NCBI GenBank assembly: GCA_043228905.1 | Contig: JBHGNT010000015.1 | Location: forward strand, 1,798,001 to 1,862,000 | DNA length: 64,000 nucleotides | Origin: Azolla caroliniana | Lineage: Eukaryota; Plantae; Polypodiophyta | Direction of reading: 5' to 3' | The notes under the pieces: generated by a model | Database searches by the model: none | Told to the model about the DNA's origin: nothing | The model's input: the letters and a program-made list of their open reading frames with translations, nothing else | Shown: positions 62,447 to 64,000 of the stretch, in pieces | Layout: every line of letters begins with the position of its first letter | Position numbering within the stretch: position 1 is the stretch's first letter | Made by a program: the position numbers and the translations under genes

Positions 62447-64000
62447 ACCCTTAAATGCAAACGTTAACCCTAAAACTGGAAATCTTAAATGTGAAACCAC
62501 AAAAGAAAGGAATCAAGGTGGGCCATAATGATGTTTAGTATGGACGAGAATGTTGCTTTTGTGCCTTCCAGTTATGGGTTGAATCTTCACTAGGAACATC
62601 ATGTACATTTGTGTTCAAGAACTAATCAAGGGAAAATTTCCCATATACACTGGAGAATTCCCTCACTTGTATGTTGATTTAGGAGGACTAATTGCAATCA
62701 AACTCTGTTCTGTGTTGCTCATGATCATTCTTGAGCGTGGTATAGCTATGCCTTGGTTTTCATGGCTAATCTGTGGAATGGATATCTCCTCTTTGTGAGC
62801 ATTTGCAGGTGTGGATATAAAAACCATATTCATTTTTGCGTAGTACGCAAATGTGCAACAGATGAAAATATAAGAATGAAACCAGCGAAAAACGTTTAAC
62901 ATTACTTCCAGAAATCATCAGGCCTTTGAATGTGTCCCATTTTGAGACAAATGGGATAAAGGAAAAAACCAATCTATTTTCTAATTTCAGTGATTTATTC
63001 ATTTGAATATTCATTATTACTGGGATGCAATATTCAGAAAAGAAGCATCGATAGAATTTCTTGTCTGGAACCTAATCCCATGCATCACTTCTATAGTGGT
63101 AAGTCTCTCTCTACCTGAATTTAACAACCTTAACTAAATTTAAGCTACACTCTCTACCCCTTACCCTAATTGCAAGCTTTCCATTTGACAAAGCTCCACA
63201 AAGTTTCTATTCCAGCTACCTCACATGTATGGCCATATATTTCTGAAATGAAACATTTATGGTGACTACATATCACTGTCAACATACAGGAGTTGGACTT
63301 AGTTTACTGATAATACAAACACTCTTTAACTCAATCATCTTCAAGCCTAAAATCTTCCCAAATTTAAGCTTTCAAGAAATCTTGGGAGACATTACATTTA
63401 CAACAAACAAGTTCAATGTATAGTCTTCTTAACAGTTTGAACTGTCAAACCCAGGCCAATTATATTTATGATAGTTTAAATTGAAAACTAAGTGATTTGA
63501 CAATAAATCTAAATATCTTTCTCTACGTGACAAATATCCCCTTTCATGAGCATTCTTCTACGAGAGAATTTATCAGAGTTTTCCTGTGGTACATAAAACT
63601 ACAGAACTTATTACTGCAAGCTTCAAGCTTGTAAATAATTAGAGTTCCCAGTAAAGAGAGCATCCATGTGATTTTTTCTTTCGTTACATAAAACCACAGA
63701 ACCTAATGCTTTAACATAAACAGGTTTTGAAACCATGCTTTCCCTCCAAAGCTACCCCATTGAGGTCATTATAATATAGAGCGACGTGAGGATAATTTTT
63801 TGCCAAACTCCAAAATACATAACCCATGTAACTCACTCATAGATCTATGTCCAGGAATCAAACCTTACCTCCCAACTTAACCTGTTCTTCCCACAGGTGT
63901 TTACAGCATCCTGTTTGCATAAAAATTGTGAAAAAATATAAGAAATGTTTGGTCTAATTATATGATTATGTAAGAAAAATATGCCAGCATCTGTGTTATG

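Noticed and set aside
62580-63900. Possible downstream coding exons supplying E/DYW to the long PPR
   Set aside because: Splice-like signals exist but no E/DYW-like translation was found; more likely 3' UTR or intergenic.

Overview
Eukaryotic, intron-containing plant nuclear DNA, most likely a fern (inferred from the DYW:KP-type and very long PLS-class PPR genes). Five protein-coding genes could be modelled with frame-checked splice sites or as an uninterrupted ORF: a HAN-domain B-class GATA factor (-, 17006-18949), a PLS-E-DYW PPR with a KP-type deaminase domain (-, 29205-32208), a HOOKLESS1-like GNAT acetyltransferase (-, 37409-39951), a 5-exon MDR/enoyl-reductase-like oxidoreductase (-, 47293-50612) and an 1800-aa PLS-only PPR (+, 57044-62446). 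The remainder holds two decayed Ty1/copia elements, two L1-like LINEs (one with a 10-bp TSD and a duplicated 3' end), a Mutator-type fold-back MITE, gag and transposase relics, a tRNA-like relic and microsatellites. Highlights: (1) a 2.6-kb non-coding LTR element with a 5-bp TSD and internally inverted LTR copies whose heat-shock-element/TATA promoters face both flanking divergent genes; (2) the candidate U-to-C editing factor; (3) complementary intronic repeats bracketing the GATA zinc-finger exon. All family assignments come from motif recognition by eye, not database searches.
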